Shown here in pieces: positions 40,054 to 52,852 of a stretch of DNA of 64,000 nucleotides. The stretch comes from Paramecium tetraurelia (taxonomy: Eukaryota): the NCBI GenBank assembly GCA_000165425.1, contig CT868673.1:156886-220885 (forward strand), read 5' to 3'. The translations under genes and the position numbers were made by a program. Each line of letters begins with the position of its first letter. Positions within the stretch are counted from its first letter, which is position 1. The notes below the pieces were generated by a model. That model saw only the letters and a list, made by a program, of their open reading frames with translations, was not told the origin of the DNA and made no database searches.

Positions 40054-42393
40054 ATGCATATTATTAATGCTTTTAAGACATATATTTGGGAATATACATT
40101 GATAAATTAAGCTAAAATTTCAGTTTTGAAGTATAAAAAAAAGGAATTGCTTAAAACAAAATGGCCTTACTTTATAAACTTATGTCGTCTTCAAATATTT
40201 TTGGCTTTGATACAATTATTGGTCAATTTCTTTTTATTTGGATCAAATAATCATTACAAAGCTTTGCTGGTTGATATTGGAATATCATCAATTATAAATA
40301 TTATTGATAGATGCTGTTTAAATAGACTGAGTAAGGGAAGAAAATTTGTAGTAATCATTCTTTTAAATTTCTTTTAAGGCATTTATATTGGAATTTCAGA
40401 GAAAATTTTAAATGATAATCAATTTGTCTAATTCAATTAACACTTTTTAATACATTTTTTGACTAAGATTATGTGGATGATTGCTTTAATTAGTACACAA
40501 CCTCTTTTCATGTGTAAGGTAATAATCTTTCTATTTCATTATGTCGCGATTTGTTACTTTCTTTCAGTTTGGGAGCATGCCTTTTATGATTTCTGTATAG
40601 TTATACTCATATTTATAATTTACGCAGTGCAAGAAGAGGAGAAATTCAGAAAACTGATTTGCAATTAAATAATTCCTAAAAAAATAATTAGCTCATTGCC
40701 ATAGCCGATATTTCTAATCAATTTATCTACTCTGGAATTCGTCATCTACAATGACATGTTTAAATAGTATCTGAATTCTCAAAAAGATGAATTGGATATC
40801 ACTTCTACAAAGAGGATGCTAACCTAATTTTAGTCCTATGGTAATTAATAAGTATTTAATGTAATCGATTCCGAAAGATTAAATTTATTTGAAACCATTT
40901 AAATTATCAAACTCTAAGATGGTGTAACTACTCAAAATGTGAATTATCAGTTTATACTAAATGACAAGGAAGTCTATGATGTGAGATTTCACAACAATAT
41001 AATATATAACGATAAGAAATGTCTTTTGGTTTGTCTATCAGATATATCGGCAATAATTGAGAAAACTAAACTCTCTGAAAGAACAATTCTCAAAAGCAAA
41101 TTAATTAAATCATTATCGCATGAATTAAGAACCAGAAAAAATATAATCTAAGGTTTGTTAAAACTATATTTGGATAGAAACAATGACGATTAAAATAAAG
41201 AGTTGATTTGTCAAGCCTACTACAATTCAAAAATAGAATCCAATATCATTAGTTCAATTATAAACTACAATTTGTGTTTAGATGATCAAGTGATTATTAA
41301 ATACCAATTGGTTAAAGTCAATGACATTCTGGACAGAATTATAGATAATTTTAAATATGAAATAAAATCTAAACAAATAGCAATCGTAGACAATTATCAT
41401 CCTGAAACTAACCATACCTTATACACTGATCCAGAAATCTTTGAATAGATAATAACCAACATAATAAGCAATTCCATAAAGCATTGTGATAAGCAGAGCC
41501 AATCAATATTATCCATTTCAATTTGCAAAGAGACACATCCTGTTGCAATTTAAATTCCAAACTAAAATAATCCTTATATCACCTATTTGTAAAAGATGTC
41601 TCATTATTCATCCTTCCAAAGTTTACAGGATTATAATGTCCCTTAATTTGAGACAACATTGAATATTAAGATTGTAGATAATGGATCTGGAATCAATGTT
41701 TAGAAACTCAAATTGATATAAGAAATTTTAAATAATGACAATTATTACTAATTTACCACTTCATCATCTGACGGATTCTACTTAGGTTTAAGATCATGTA
41801 ATCTTTTACTTCAAAAATTAAATAAATAGTCAAAAGTCAATATATACATTCGTTCAACTGAGAAAGAAGAAACAGAAGTGACTTTAAAGTTTCTGATTCA
41901 TAACTAGATCAAAGATTGTGAATTATCAATAGAATCAGAAGACAGTATATAACAAATCAGAATTTAAAAGAAAGATGAAAATAAGTGTAATTGTTTATAG
42001 TGCATTATGATTGTCGATGATGAACCTTTTAATAATCTTGTATTAGAGTCAATTTTGAAGTCTCTTCATTTTAAAGTTGTCAAAGCGTAAAATGGATTGG
42101 AGGCATTGAAATTATATAGGGAATAGTATGATCTATGTGATATTGATGAGTGTAAATTGTTTTATGCAATATTTATGGATTATCAAATGCCCATAATGAA
42201 TGGATTGGAAAGTACAAAAGCCATTATAGAAGAATGTAATAAATTAAAATAAGTGTAACCAACTATTATTGGATGCACAGCATTCTCTGCAACTGATGAT
42301 ATCAATGAACTATTGAATGCTGGAATGAAATCTGTATGTATCAAACCAATTAGTAAAGATTCGATCAAACAAATATTATCTCATTTATAATGA
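40054..42393 (+). CDS. Membrane hybrid sensor histidine kinase (TM region, PAS-like, HisKA, HATPase, receiver)
   Basis: Intronless 779 aa: SLSHELRT H-box, QIITNIISNSIK N-box, IVDNGSGI G1, receiver IMIVDDEPFN...FMDYQMPIMNG...IIGCTAF...KP. Confidence 0.92.
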
Positions 42394-43583
42394 TCATAAT
42401 AATGTATGAATTAATTTATAATTTACAGTTTTATATAATTCTAATCATTTTTTTACTTTACTCATTTTTGAGAAATTTCGAAAACAATAAAAAATTGTAT
42501 TAAAATAATATCATATAATTGCTTAATATCTAATCATTCTTGCCAAAAAAGAATCAAGTTATTTAAGAAATAGCAATTTAAATAAAAAGAATAGAAAAGA
42601 GAATTCTTATAATCTCAAATAAACTCAAACTTTTTTGGTTTCAAATTCAAAAAAACAAACAAGGAATAAAATACTACAATTCGAGATAATAAGTAAGAAC
42701 AAAAATACTCTATTATTCCTTGTAAGAAATTCAGTTTAGGCAATAAGAAACCTGCTATTAATAGATCTTGATTAAACACTCAAAATAGCTATAGAATAAC
42801 AGATATTTGGAACTACCCTTATTTATGCAATACCTAGATCAAATTAATTATAATAATAAAATAAATTACATTTTATATCTAATATATATTACTATATAAA
42901 TTATACTAATTACATTAATTATTCTGATTATGCAATAATGTTTTTGTAATTTACTAAATAACACATTCCCTACAGTATCACAGTATAACTTTGCTGTATT
43001 TTTGAAGGAAATTAAGCAATGCTTTGAATCATAAATTTCTTAAATCATGATGTAATTAAAAGGATAAGGTTATAACAAAACTATTAATAGGTTTTATTAG
43101 ACAGAAAATATTCTGCATCTTAGGTTATTAGAATTATAGAAGTAATTCTTAATTATTGATATTCTATCTGCAATTCATTTAGCATCAATATGTATATATT
43201 TATATTGATAATAAGATCATATTTTGATTGGCTTGATTTTCTTCCAATTCATATCTGCAAATCCTCCTTAATTTATGATATCAATTTCTTCTTATGTCAT
43301 CTTTCTTCTTTAATAATCCACAACTTTGTGTACATACTTAGTTGTCTATGTACTGTGTTGATGAGGAACTAAATTCGCTCTGCTGCCTATAAATTTGATT
43401 TTTGGAACATATTTCAAGACTTAATTCATCTTATAGTATTTATAATAAATAATTCAATATATTTTATATTGAGGCTAACAATATATTATTAGTGTTGTGA
43501 AGGGTTGAAATTTGTTACTGGTAATTTTGCCCAAATCAAATTATAGAGAAAAATAATTATCATTAAATGAGAAACTAAATATT

Positions 43584-43650
43584 GCATAAAAATTATATCT
43601 CAAAATTTTAAGATCGATATTTTTCCTAAAATTTGTCATTCTAAATATGC
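43584..43650 (-). promoter_or_regulatory. SECIS element in the 3' UTR of selenoprotein T
   Basis: Minus-strand RNA: GCAUA..AUGAC-AAAUUUUAGG-AAAAAUAUCGAU-CUUAAAAUUU-UGAG..UAUGC. This gives the AUGA/GA core, a 10-bp helix II, an A-rich apical loop and a helix I (GCAUA/UAUGC). Confidence 0.88.
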
Positions 43651-43664
43651 TCTATTTTTAGTTT

Positions 43665-44192
43665 TCATATATAAGAACTAACAAAGTGCGAAATTTAATT
43701 GATAGTTGGCATCTACCCAGTTGCTAGTTTAGAGTGTATAAGTTATCCATTTATTGTTACTTCAAATGCTCCAGTGGATTGCAAATTCTAAATTATGAAA
43801 TTGAATCCAATATAGATTAAAATTCCTACTCTCATTTTATTTGGACTAATGTATTGCTCCCATAATGAAAGCTTACTCTTTAATATTGAGTCAAAAAGCA
43901 CTAAGACAATTAGGGACCCATATTGAATGTATGTCAAACATTAGACTAACAATTGCTTTTAGGCCCCTATTGGATAAGGCTAACCTATCACATTAATCTT
44001 ATTTGGGTATTAATTTAAGAGAGCATTTTCTAATTTTTGGTATGATTCCTTGTAAGATCAACTAGTGCAGTATTCTATTAAGATTTCAAGAGGAGTGTCA
44101 TTGCTGTTAAGTTTACTCTCCTATTATTTTCTAGGGGATGTTAGCAGCAATAGAGATGCTAGAATTAGGAAGAGATTTAGTTTATTTATCAT
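43665..44192 (-). CDS. SELENOT: Selenoprotein T (Rdx family), Sec at codon 45
   Basis: Signal peptide MINKLNLFLILASLLLLTSP; IEYCTS-U(TGA 44060-44058)-SYKE; central hydrophobic segments; QNLQSTGAFEVTINGQLIHSKLATGQMP signature; downstream SECIS. Confidence 0.93.
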
Positions 44193-44248
44193 ATAATAAA
44201 AAATAATGACTTTATTAATAATTCTAATGATTAAATTATTTATAATAT

Positions 44249-45481
44249 ATGCAATTGGATTTATTTGAGTAATAAATAGTGAAGAAGGTGAGATCTCAAT
44301 AAAACAAGGATAATGGAGATTCCATACCTGCATTTTTGTTGAAGACTTATGAAATAATAGATGTATCGAGTAATTTAAAAGAATTAGAATCCTTAAAATA
44401 AAGACATAATTAGTTGGAATGAAGAAGGAAGTGCCTTTATTGTTAAGAAGGTTAATGAATTCTCAGATATCATATTGCCGAAATCATTTAAACACAATAA
44501 CTTTGCTTCATTTGTTCGATAATTGAATATGTATGATTTTCACAAGACCAGACATGATAATAACGAGAATGAATTCAAGCATAAATTGTTTTAAAGGAGT
44601 AAAAAGTAAGTTTTATGTATATTTCAGACATCTGCTAAGTTAGATCAAGCGAAAGACCAATGAAGTAAAGGAATAGAATTCTTTGAGTTTAATAAAAAAC
44701 GAATAGATAAGGAGTGAATAAAGTGAGACACCTGAAGTATGTAAATTAGACATTATTGTTAGATTTTGATGCAGATGGGAAAATTGTAAAACAAGTAATT
44801 GGAATTAGAAAAATTGATCAAAATCTTTATTAAGTAGAATGAAAAGGTGATGAAGGAAAATAAATACTTATGGAGTGAATTGACAAAAAACAAGTATGAT
44901 AAATATTAATATAGAGGCATAAGAATGAAAATTCAGAAGAATAAATTATGAAATGGGTTTTATAATCTTTACAAGGAACCAAATAAAACAATAAACTTAA
45001 GAGCAGTTTGTAAGCAAATAATTTATTGATGTTGAAATAAACCTGTGAAAACGAGGATGAAATGTAAGTTGAAGCATAAAATCAAAAACATTTTGAAACT
45101 GAAAAATTGCAATTTGATTAACTGCCATCTCAAATTATAAGTCAGAATTTAGAATAATAGATCGAAAAACTATCAAAAACTTAAATTATTTAAGTACTTT
45201 TGAGTGCTATTACAAACAATTAAAAATAGGAAAAGAAAAATAATATAAAGTTTGACGATGATCTTAGCTTTGATGATGAATATCCAGTTATAAAGAAAAT
45301 GGATTTGAAACAAGAGTCTTAAGATAAAAAATAAGAAAATCAACTTATAGTTTATAATGAACCTTATTTTTTTCATAAATTCGAAGATAATTATGTCAAT
45401 TCAGAATCGCCTAATCCAAGTCGTAAGAATTCTTATTTTGATTAAGATCCTATTCCATAATTTTTAGATAGTGAATTATGA
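44249..45481 (+). CDS. HSF: Heat shock transcription factor (HSF DNA-binding domain plus HR-A/B coiled coil)
   Basis: [12 protein letters not shown]...[13 protein letters not shown]...[24 protein letters not shown]; later [33 protein letters not shown]. Four short introns. Confidence 0.93.
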
Positions 45482-45528
45482 TATTTCATCAAAATTAAAT
45501 TTTTTATTTTATAATTAAATTTGATAGA

Positions 45529-47068
45529 ATGAACCCAAATACCAAAGCCTAAACTCGATAAAAGCAGCCTAATTGTGAAATATGCATGTATAGTTTTTTA
45601 TTGTAAATTAAATGTTTATTTAAGATCGGTGTAGTAGCATTAATGCAAGAGGTGTTTGCGAGCTATTTGCTCTGAATGTGGAAAATATAAGGGATTAGTA
45701 TTTACTTATATTAATTTGAGGTCGTAAATTTTGATCTCAAATAAGAACATAGAGTTTGCCTAGTTTGCAAAGATGAGTAAGAATACTTAGAAAAGCTGAT
45801 AAACGAAAAGAAATTACAGTACAATAATAATTCTCTAAATACTAAAGAATGGCTGCAATATAGTTGTATTGATAAGTATAAGATATAATGATTTAGAGCT
45901 AAAGAAAAAATAATTAACGATTATTATTATATAAAACTAGAAGAAAGCAAAAATAATTTATCACAACTAGATTATGAGAATCTTAAGTTAATAAAACCCT
46001 ATGTAATTCAAGTACAAGATTATTCATTAAGCCAAGATACGCTCTTAATTTAAATATTCCATTATAGAATTAGACTATTATTTGACTAAATATTTGATCA
46101 AAGATTTGATCAAAGAAAAGACTTAAGCAGAGATTAAAGAGTCTTTGGATAATACTATAACCGATTTGGTCTTTTAAGTGTTGCAATGCTTTATATATGA
46201 TAACCCCTCTATTAAATGTACTTATGTAGATTATTTTTATAATAAATTTTAGAATTTGGTTTAGTTAACCTAGTTTTTATTGTATTTCCATTCCCAACCC
46301 TTAGTTCTCTATTTTATCAATATATTAAGAAAAGAAGGATGTCTAAAAAGATTATTAGAAAATGCTGAACAACTCTAAAGTTCAGAAATTGATATTTTGT
46401 AAGAGATTGGAAAAACAAATCATTAAATTTAGCAAACCGATTTATTCTTTTTCAGAAAATATTTAGAAAAATATGCCAACAGCATGTTATCTAGTTTATT
46501 TATCGATTATCTCAATGTATTAACATTTATATTATCAGGTTCCATGCATAATTTATATTTTTGATCGCATTTTTAAATATAAGAATTATTCTGAATTAGA
46601 AGATATTACTGCTTTGTTGGGTTACTTATAATTGTGAAAGATATCAAGTTGAAAGGATAGGATGATGAATTTATTACCAATTAAATTCGAAGAAATACAA
46701 AAAGATTAGATCTCAAAAAGTATCTAAATAAAGATGATAATGTTGAATAAAGTTAAAAAAGAAACACATATACTACATATGAAGATTTTTTTTAAAGAAA
46801 TAGATAATCGATTGAACCTTAAAATTAAATAGGATAGATTTTGTAATTAATAGATAGTTATGTTTTAAAATAACAACCCTTGACTAATTGTCATCAAGAA
46901 TTGATAAAATCACTAAATCCAGAATAAGTGCAAATTATTGAGGATCTCATCAAATTACAAGGATAAAAAGCCCAAATTGAGTCTGAGAATATACCTCGTT
47001 CAAACTCTATTAATTAAAGTAAGTTTTAAAGAAAAAGACCCGTTTAACCATATGAGTTGAATATGTGA
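45529..47068 (+). CDS. FYVE-like zinc finger protein
   Basis: CEIC..F...QHQCKRCLRAICSEC...HRVCLVC at the N-terminus; multiple short introns; TGA at 47066-47068. Confidence 0.75.
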
Positions 47069-48786
47069 TTTTTACAAATTTGAATTTACCAAATTATCAA
47101 CATTTATAGAATTGTTGAAATTCATAATATCCATAAAATTAAATAAATTTAATACTTTTGATAATATTATATTATTTTCCTTCAATGCTTGATGAATAAT
47201 ATCTTAAATTTTATATATTTGGACAAATTGTTTGAAAAAATTAATGGCGATTAAATAAAAAAATCAGATTTTGAATTCCGATCAATGCACATAGGATCAA
47301 TCATGAGATGTCAGTTTTTCATCGCATGTATATATATGTAATAAAATAATTAATGTTTGACAATAAAGCGTTGTAATTCAGGTATAAGTCATAGAACTAG
47401 CTATTTATATTAGCGAAGAGGAACTAATAAAACTACATGTTAATATTTGATTAGTAGTAAACCAGGGATTTAGTGGTTGATTTATCCCACCATTTCTAGA
47501 TTAAAAAATTCTAAACAATTTATTATGTTATAATTATAATCAGTTGATTGAATTATCGTCTTAAATCAGAAGCAGAACTGTTAAATATTCCTCATTATTG
47601 TGATTTAGAGATTACTATTAAAATTAAATAAACTAATTCTAAATTAAAAAATATGGGTTTGAATGGAATGCTTGTATGATAAAAGATTATAGACAATTAA
47701 CTATTAGTCAAGGAAAATTTTAAGCTTAAATACGCACATATTCCATAACCAAATCATAGTAGTTTAAAGTAAATTAATCAATAACGCAATAAAGAAGATT
47801 AATCAAAAATACAAACGCTATAATTATAATAATCTTAACTTCGTTAATAAACTTGTAATTTATTATTTTGATTATTTTTTATCAAAAACCTAATTCTAAT
47901 TTCTCATTAAATATTAAAAAGCATAGATTTAAGAAATTATGTATTTATCCATTATTGATTTTTCCTTAATAATTTTATAGAACTTATGACATACCTGAGT
48001 GAATTGAATAGAAGAACCAATCAAATATTCCAATTTTTTTGAAGAATTTATAAACCTTTTTCATTAATTTTCTAATTCAAAGTTCTTTAAGGCGGAAATA
48101 TTTTGTAAGATTTTATTTTTTGTATATTCTCTTTAAAATATTACTTAGATAATACTTGAAAGTATTCTTTTAGTATTAATTATTAAAGATCTGAAAAATA
48201 AGCAAGTGATTTAAATTTTCTCGCAATGCTTAGTTAATCTTTTGTCCTCTTAAAATTCATTATTTATTTTATTCGTAAATATTCAACAGGTGTCATAGAA
48301 TCTCCTAAATGAGTTAGTTCTGGAAAAAATAGAGTTTAGATGTTTAGAATAAGTGGGAAATCAATCGTTGATATTTTAAAATAAAGCTTATTAAATAAAT
48401 TATATGATTTTTCAATATCGCCTATTGATAAAATTTTTAGATGATTGAGCCAAAACAAAAAATTTATAAGTTGCGTACCTGTGATAAGACAATGACCAAA
48501 AACTATTAATATTTGAAAATAAAACTAACAAAACAGGTGTTAATAATTATCATAAAATATTAATTAGGATTGCATTAAGGGGTTGACGGATCAAGAGATG
48601 TAAAGTTTGAACAAGATATTTGAAAATGAGTCATTAAAAATTATTAAAAGGAGAAGGAAATCGAGAAGAAATTGTGTGGTTATTATTGTTTTAGGGGGAA
48701 GAATTATTATTAATTATTATTAATATAAATAATTATCTCCAAAGATTTATTAATTAATATACATTTCTAAATTCCTCAAATATTCC

Positions 48787-49480
48787 ATGGATTAAAACAA
48801 ATCAAAATATACTATTCCGTCTTTCATTATTAAATTGCATGCCATATTAGAAGACTTAGTAATGAGTAATATATATAGCAAAAGAATAATTCGTTAATAA
48901 TCACATGGACACCACAAGGAGATGCCTTTATTGTTTTAAATCCCGAAATATTGGAACAATAAATACTTCCTTAACATTTTAAACATAATCATTTTACTTC
49001 CTTCTTGCGATAGTTGAATATGTATGACTTTTAGAAGATTCGAAACCAGAACAATTAACAAGTGTTTTGGCATTAAAATTTCTTAAAAGGAAAAGAGTAT
49101 TATTTAATTTAAAAATTAGACATCTCTAAGTTTTGTTGAAAAGAAGTTAGAACAAATTGCAATAAAAGCAGAGGTTTGATCATTAATGCTATTAAACATT
49201 TTTGATAGATGAAATCACTTCTATAAAATAAAATTTAAAATAAGATGAATAATAATTCACTCATATTATTAATTAGCACGAGATCATATTATAACAGCAT
49301 AAATAAATATATTTAGATTTACAATAACAGAGGGAGTCAATGGAAATTAAATACGAGAAATTGAATGGACAGGTTTAGGCGATTATAAGTTGGTATAAAG
49401 TAGATTCGACTAGTTAATATTTTGAAAGCTGTTCTTAGGAGGAAGAACAATCAGAATATTTTTGTTCCTAAAATCTCTGA
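48787..49480 (+). CDS. HSF: Small HSF-family transcription factor
   Basis: IPSFIIKLHAIL...ITWTPQGDAFIV...LPQHFKHNHFTSFLRQLNMYDFQK; two short introns; short coiled-coil tail. Confidence 0.9.
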
Positions 49481-49790
49481 ATATATTTATCATCACATTA
49501 TATATATAATTAAATTTAAATTGTAAAAATGTCTAACTGTTTATTAAAAACATTTTATTTCTTATTGCATTAATTACTTATTCTAATTGATTAAAAACAC
49601 ATAGTAAACACAATCTATTTGTAAATCCAATAAATTATAATTGAACTAATATAAATTTAAGGTTAAATTCATTGCAGAATTAAATTAATTTATTGTTTAT
49701 TATTTTTGCTAAAATGTAATAAATTATAACTCTAAGCTACCTCTCTAAATATTTAGATTACTCTTAATTATTGGGAAGAAAAATAAAATA

Positions 49791-51552
49791 TCATTTTTAA
49801 GATAAATTCCTAATATGCTTCTCAGTATTTCTTCTTGATCTAATATTTAAAAATTGCGTAGCCCTTCTCGAATCGACTTCCTCTGGACTACGAGACTCTT
49901 CATTAAATGAGTATAATTATAATTTCTCTTCAACATCTGTCTATTAATCCTTTAATTGTTTATTTAATTCATCGTATTTCTTCTTTAAAGTCTTAACATC
50001 ATTCTACTCGATTCCTTTGATATCTTATTCGATATTTTTCTCCAAAATTTTTCTATAATATTACTTTTATAGTTCTGTGCACGTGGGTCTTAAGCCCCTA
50101 CTTCGATTTAACAACCTAAATATGATTAAAATAAATAAAGTACAATTCAAATAGCATGTTTTACTAGCTCTCAATTGCATTACGAAAGGTTTCCAGGCTT
50201 TATGCTACATAATCGATATTATCATCATTGTCAAAATGATATGCATTATTATTGCCAATCTATTATTCTCCTTCAGATTCTGAACTATTCTTCTGAGCGG
50301 GCTTAGAGAATTTCGACTATTATTACTAGATCTCTGGGGGTGGTTTAATTAATAATCCCTAGCTTGCTTATATTGATTCAGATAACTATTAAGATTGGTC
50401 AATTTGAGGTGATTCTTAGTCTGAACCTTGTATATTTTGTTTTTTGAATTGTAGCAAGTTGGATTTTTGGTTTTCATCATCTCCTATTAACTCATCTTAT
50501 TCGATATTAGCAAGACTGGCGATATTCATGGTGGTTTATCCTCTGTGGAATCCTGGTTATGATTGAAAGATGGCAGAATGAGGGATTTATGAATTATTGG
50601 GTGGATTTTCCTATGATCTCTGTACGAATGTATTTGTCTTCATTTTATTTTATGATCTTGCTCTCATGAATTGAAATCTTGATTTTTCAAACTCTTATTA
50701 AATTTTTTCTTCCAATGATGCAACTTTATCTTTCACTTATTATTCCCTAATTTATTCTTCTTTTTCAGCATTGAGTTAGATCAATTTTAATTTATTTTAA
50801 ATTGCTTCTTCCAAACTTTTAATTTTATTGATGTATGTTTAATCTATGTTGTTAATTTTTTAAGTGACCTGCATTGTATTTTAAAGAAAGTCAGTGGTTT
50901 CTCTTGAGAGTTATTCTTTTGTGAATTAAAGAAGTTGATAGTTTAAGGCTAAGTAGTTTTGTTGATTTTATTAGATAATTTTATTACTTAATTGCTATGT
51001 CAATAATTGATTCTGCATGGCTTGATTGACGATGTTGACTTCTTTTTTGTTAAATTCTCTTTTGTGATATTATTGCATATGCAAATCAAATTAGGAGTCA
51101 GTCGTGACTACTTTGTCACAATACAGACATTGGATTAATTGGGTGTTTACGATCTTCTGCATGAATTTATCTTTTTGACTCAATTCTAATGCCAATTTTT
51201 TTTAAGCTGCCTTGACATTGACCTTGCTCTGTAGGAGTCTCCTCTCTATTTGTTGGATCTAGGAATACTGTTTATGAGTACTTCTTCGGAAATGTCTATG
51301 GTTGACTTCGCTATGTACTTGTCATACTCTGTCAATTCTTCAGTGGAGTGTTCATAATATTATATCGCTAATTAGTGTAAATGTAATAATTTGGCTAAAT
51401 ATACTGGATGTATGGCTTGGAAGTCTTCCAATTTGATTTCAAACTAAAATTGTTATTGCGCTTACTTTGTAGATTATGTTGAGATACTATTGCAATTATT
51501 CGAAATCTGTGCATCCTGAATAGTTCTGTATTTCTTTCCAAAAATTAGACAT
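49791..51552 (-). CDS. DZIP1: DZIP1/Iguana-like basal-body protein (Dzip-like N domain, C2H2 finger, coiled coil)
   Basis: FWKEI...DFEQLQQYLNII...LEDFQAIHPVYLAKLLHLHQLAIQY, then CLYCDKVVTTDSQFDLHMQQYH and a long coiled coil. Three short introns. Confidence 0.7.
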
Positions 51553-51598
51553 TTTATAAAAGTTTAATTTAAATAATTAAATATTTAATATATAGATA

Positions 51599-52740
51599 AT
51601 GGGAAGAAATAAAATTGACATTCAATATCTAAAAGATGATCGTATAAGGAATGTAAATTTATTAATTTATTTACTTATTCTACTATTTTTAGAACCTCTA
51701 TATAATTTATATAACTAATTAATATTATTTTAGATCACATTCAATAAAAGGAAAAATGGTTTGTTGAAGAAAGCATGTGAGTTGGCTGTATTGTGTAACA
51801 TCAAAATGCTGTTGTGTTTTACAGATCTAAATGGAACAGTCTATCAATTTACATCGACAGACAATATTGAAATGGAATTGATTTCGTCATTTCATAAAAA
51901 GGAGTTCACCAAATAGGATGTACATTAAATTCTCATATCCATTCAGTATCCAGGATTTCAGAAGAAAAAAGATGGAGACTCTATGTCTGAAGTTGAGAGC
52001 GAATAGAGTGTTGAATAAAAAAGAACGAGGACTTCAAATAAATAATAAGAAATATAATAATAATAAATCAATCAGTAATAAACAACTTCTGCACATTAGT
52101 AAATGAGACTAAGAAATAAAATGTTAGAGAATGTAGAAAAATTACAATAATAATAATAATTTTAACAAGATTCAAGAAAAATAGTTAAAATTGAGAACAA
52201 ACCTGAAGACTAGGATATCTAGAAATCTAAAATGAGAGTTAAAAATAAGATGAATAATAATGATGAAATATTAGTCAATGACATTATTGATAATCAATAA
52301 GCTAGAAACTTTGATGATCTCTATTAATGTGGCAATCAATATGACGAACAATCCAATTCCTAATAAGATCATCAAGATTATAAGTAGCAATTATCAATGT
52401 TTACTAATTCTCACCCCATTAAACTCATGAAAATGGACAGTTTACTCAACGGCATCAATAATAGCAAACCAAATAATAGTTTTCTAAGTGAACAATACAA
52501 TAAGTTTCTCAGCAAAGAGAGAGTATATCTTCATTATTAAAATAGATGGATTCCTTAAACAATAGTAAAGTATTGCAACCAAGTGTGTAATTTATTGTTC
52601 CACCATAAGTTTATTTTAATATTCCCCCTTCTCCTATTAGTCATGCTATGAACAAAGTCTATGTAGGGGTAGATGAGCCAATCGAGTATAATTTAGGGTA
52701 ATCATCATTTACCGAGGGTTTCAAAAAATATACTAAATGA
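51599..52740 (+). CDS. MADS-box (SRF/MEF2-like) transcription factor
   Basis: MGRNKIDIQYLKDDRIRN|ITFNKRKNGLLKKACELAVLCNIKMLLCFTD. First intron is 81 nt (51653-51733); two further short introns. Confidence 0.92.
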
Positions 52741-52852
52741 TAAATTAATAATTTAAATGAAAAATGAAATTTATTTATAATCTTTCTTTTAACATAACTC
52801 CAATCCATACTAAATATTTATATATAAGTTGATTTATTAAATATCTATTAAT

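Noticed and set aside
42900..43410. Minus-strand frame with several in-frame TGAs downstream of SelT as a multi-Sec protein
   Set aside because: The TGAs are not in Cys-like redox contexts, there is no recognisable family, and the SECIS lies upstream of it. A pseudogene relic is more likely.
44030..44062. 33-nt GT..AG intron removing the SelT TGA
   Set aside because: It would delete the second redox position of the CxxU motif and the following conserved helix, is more GC-rich than real introns here, and leaves the SECIS unexplained.
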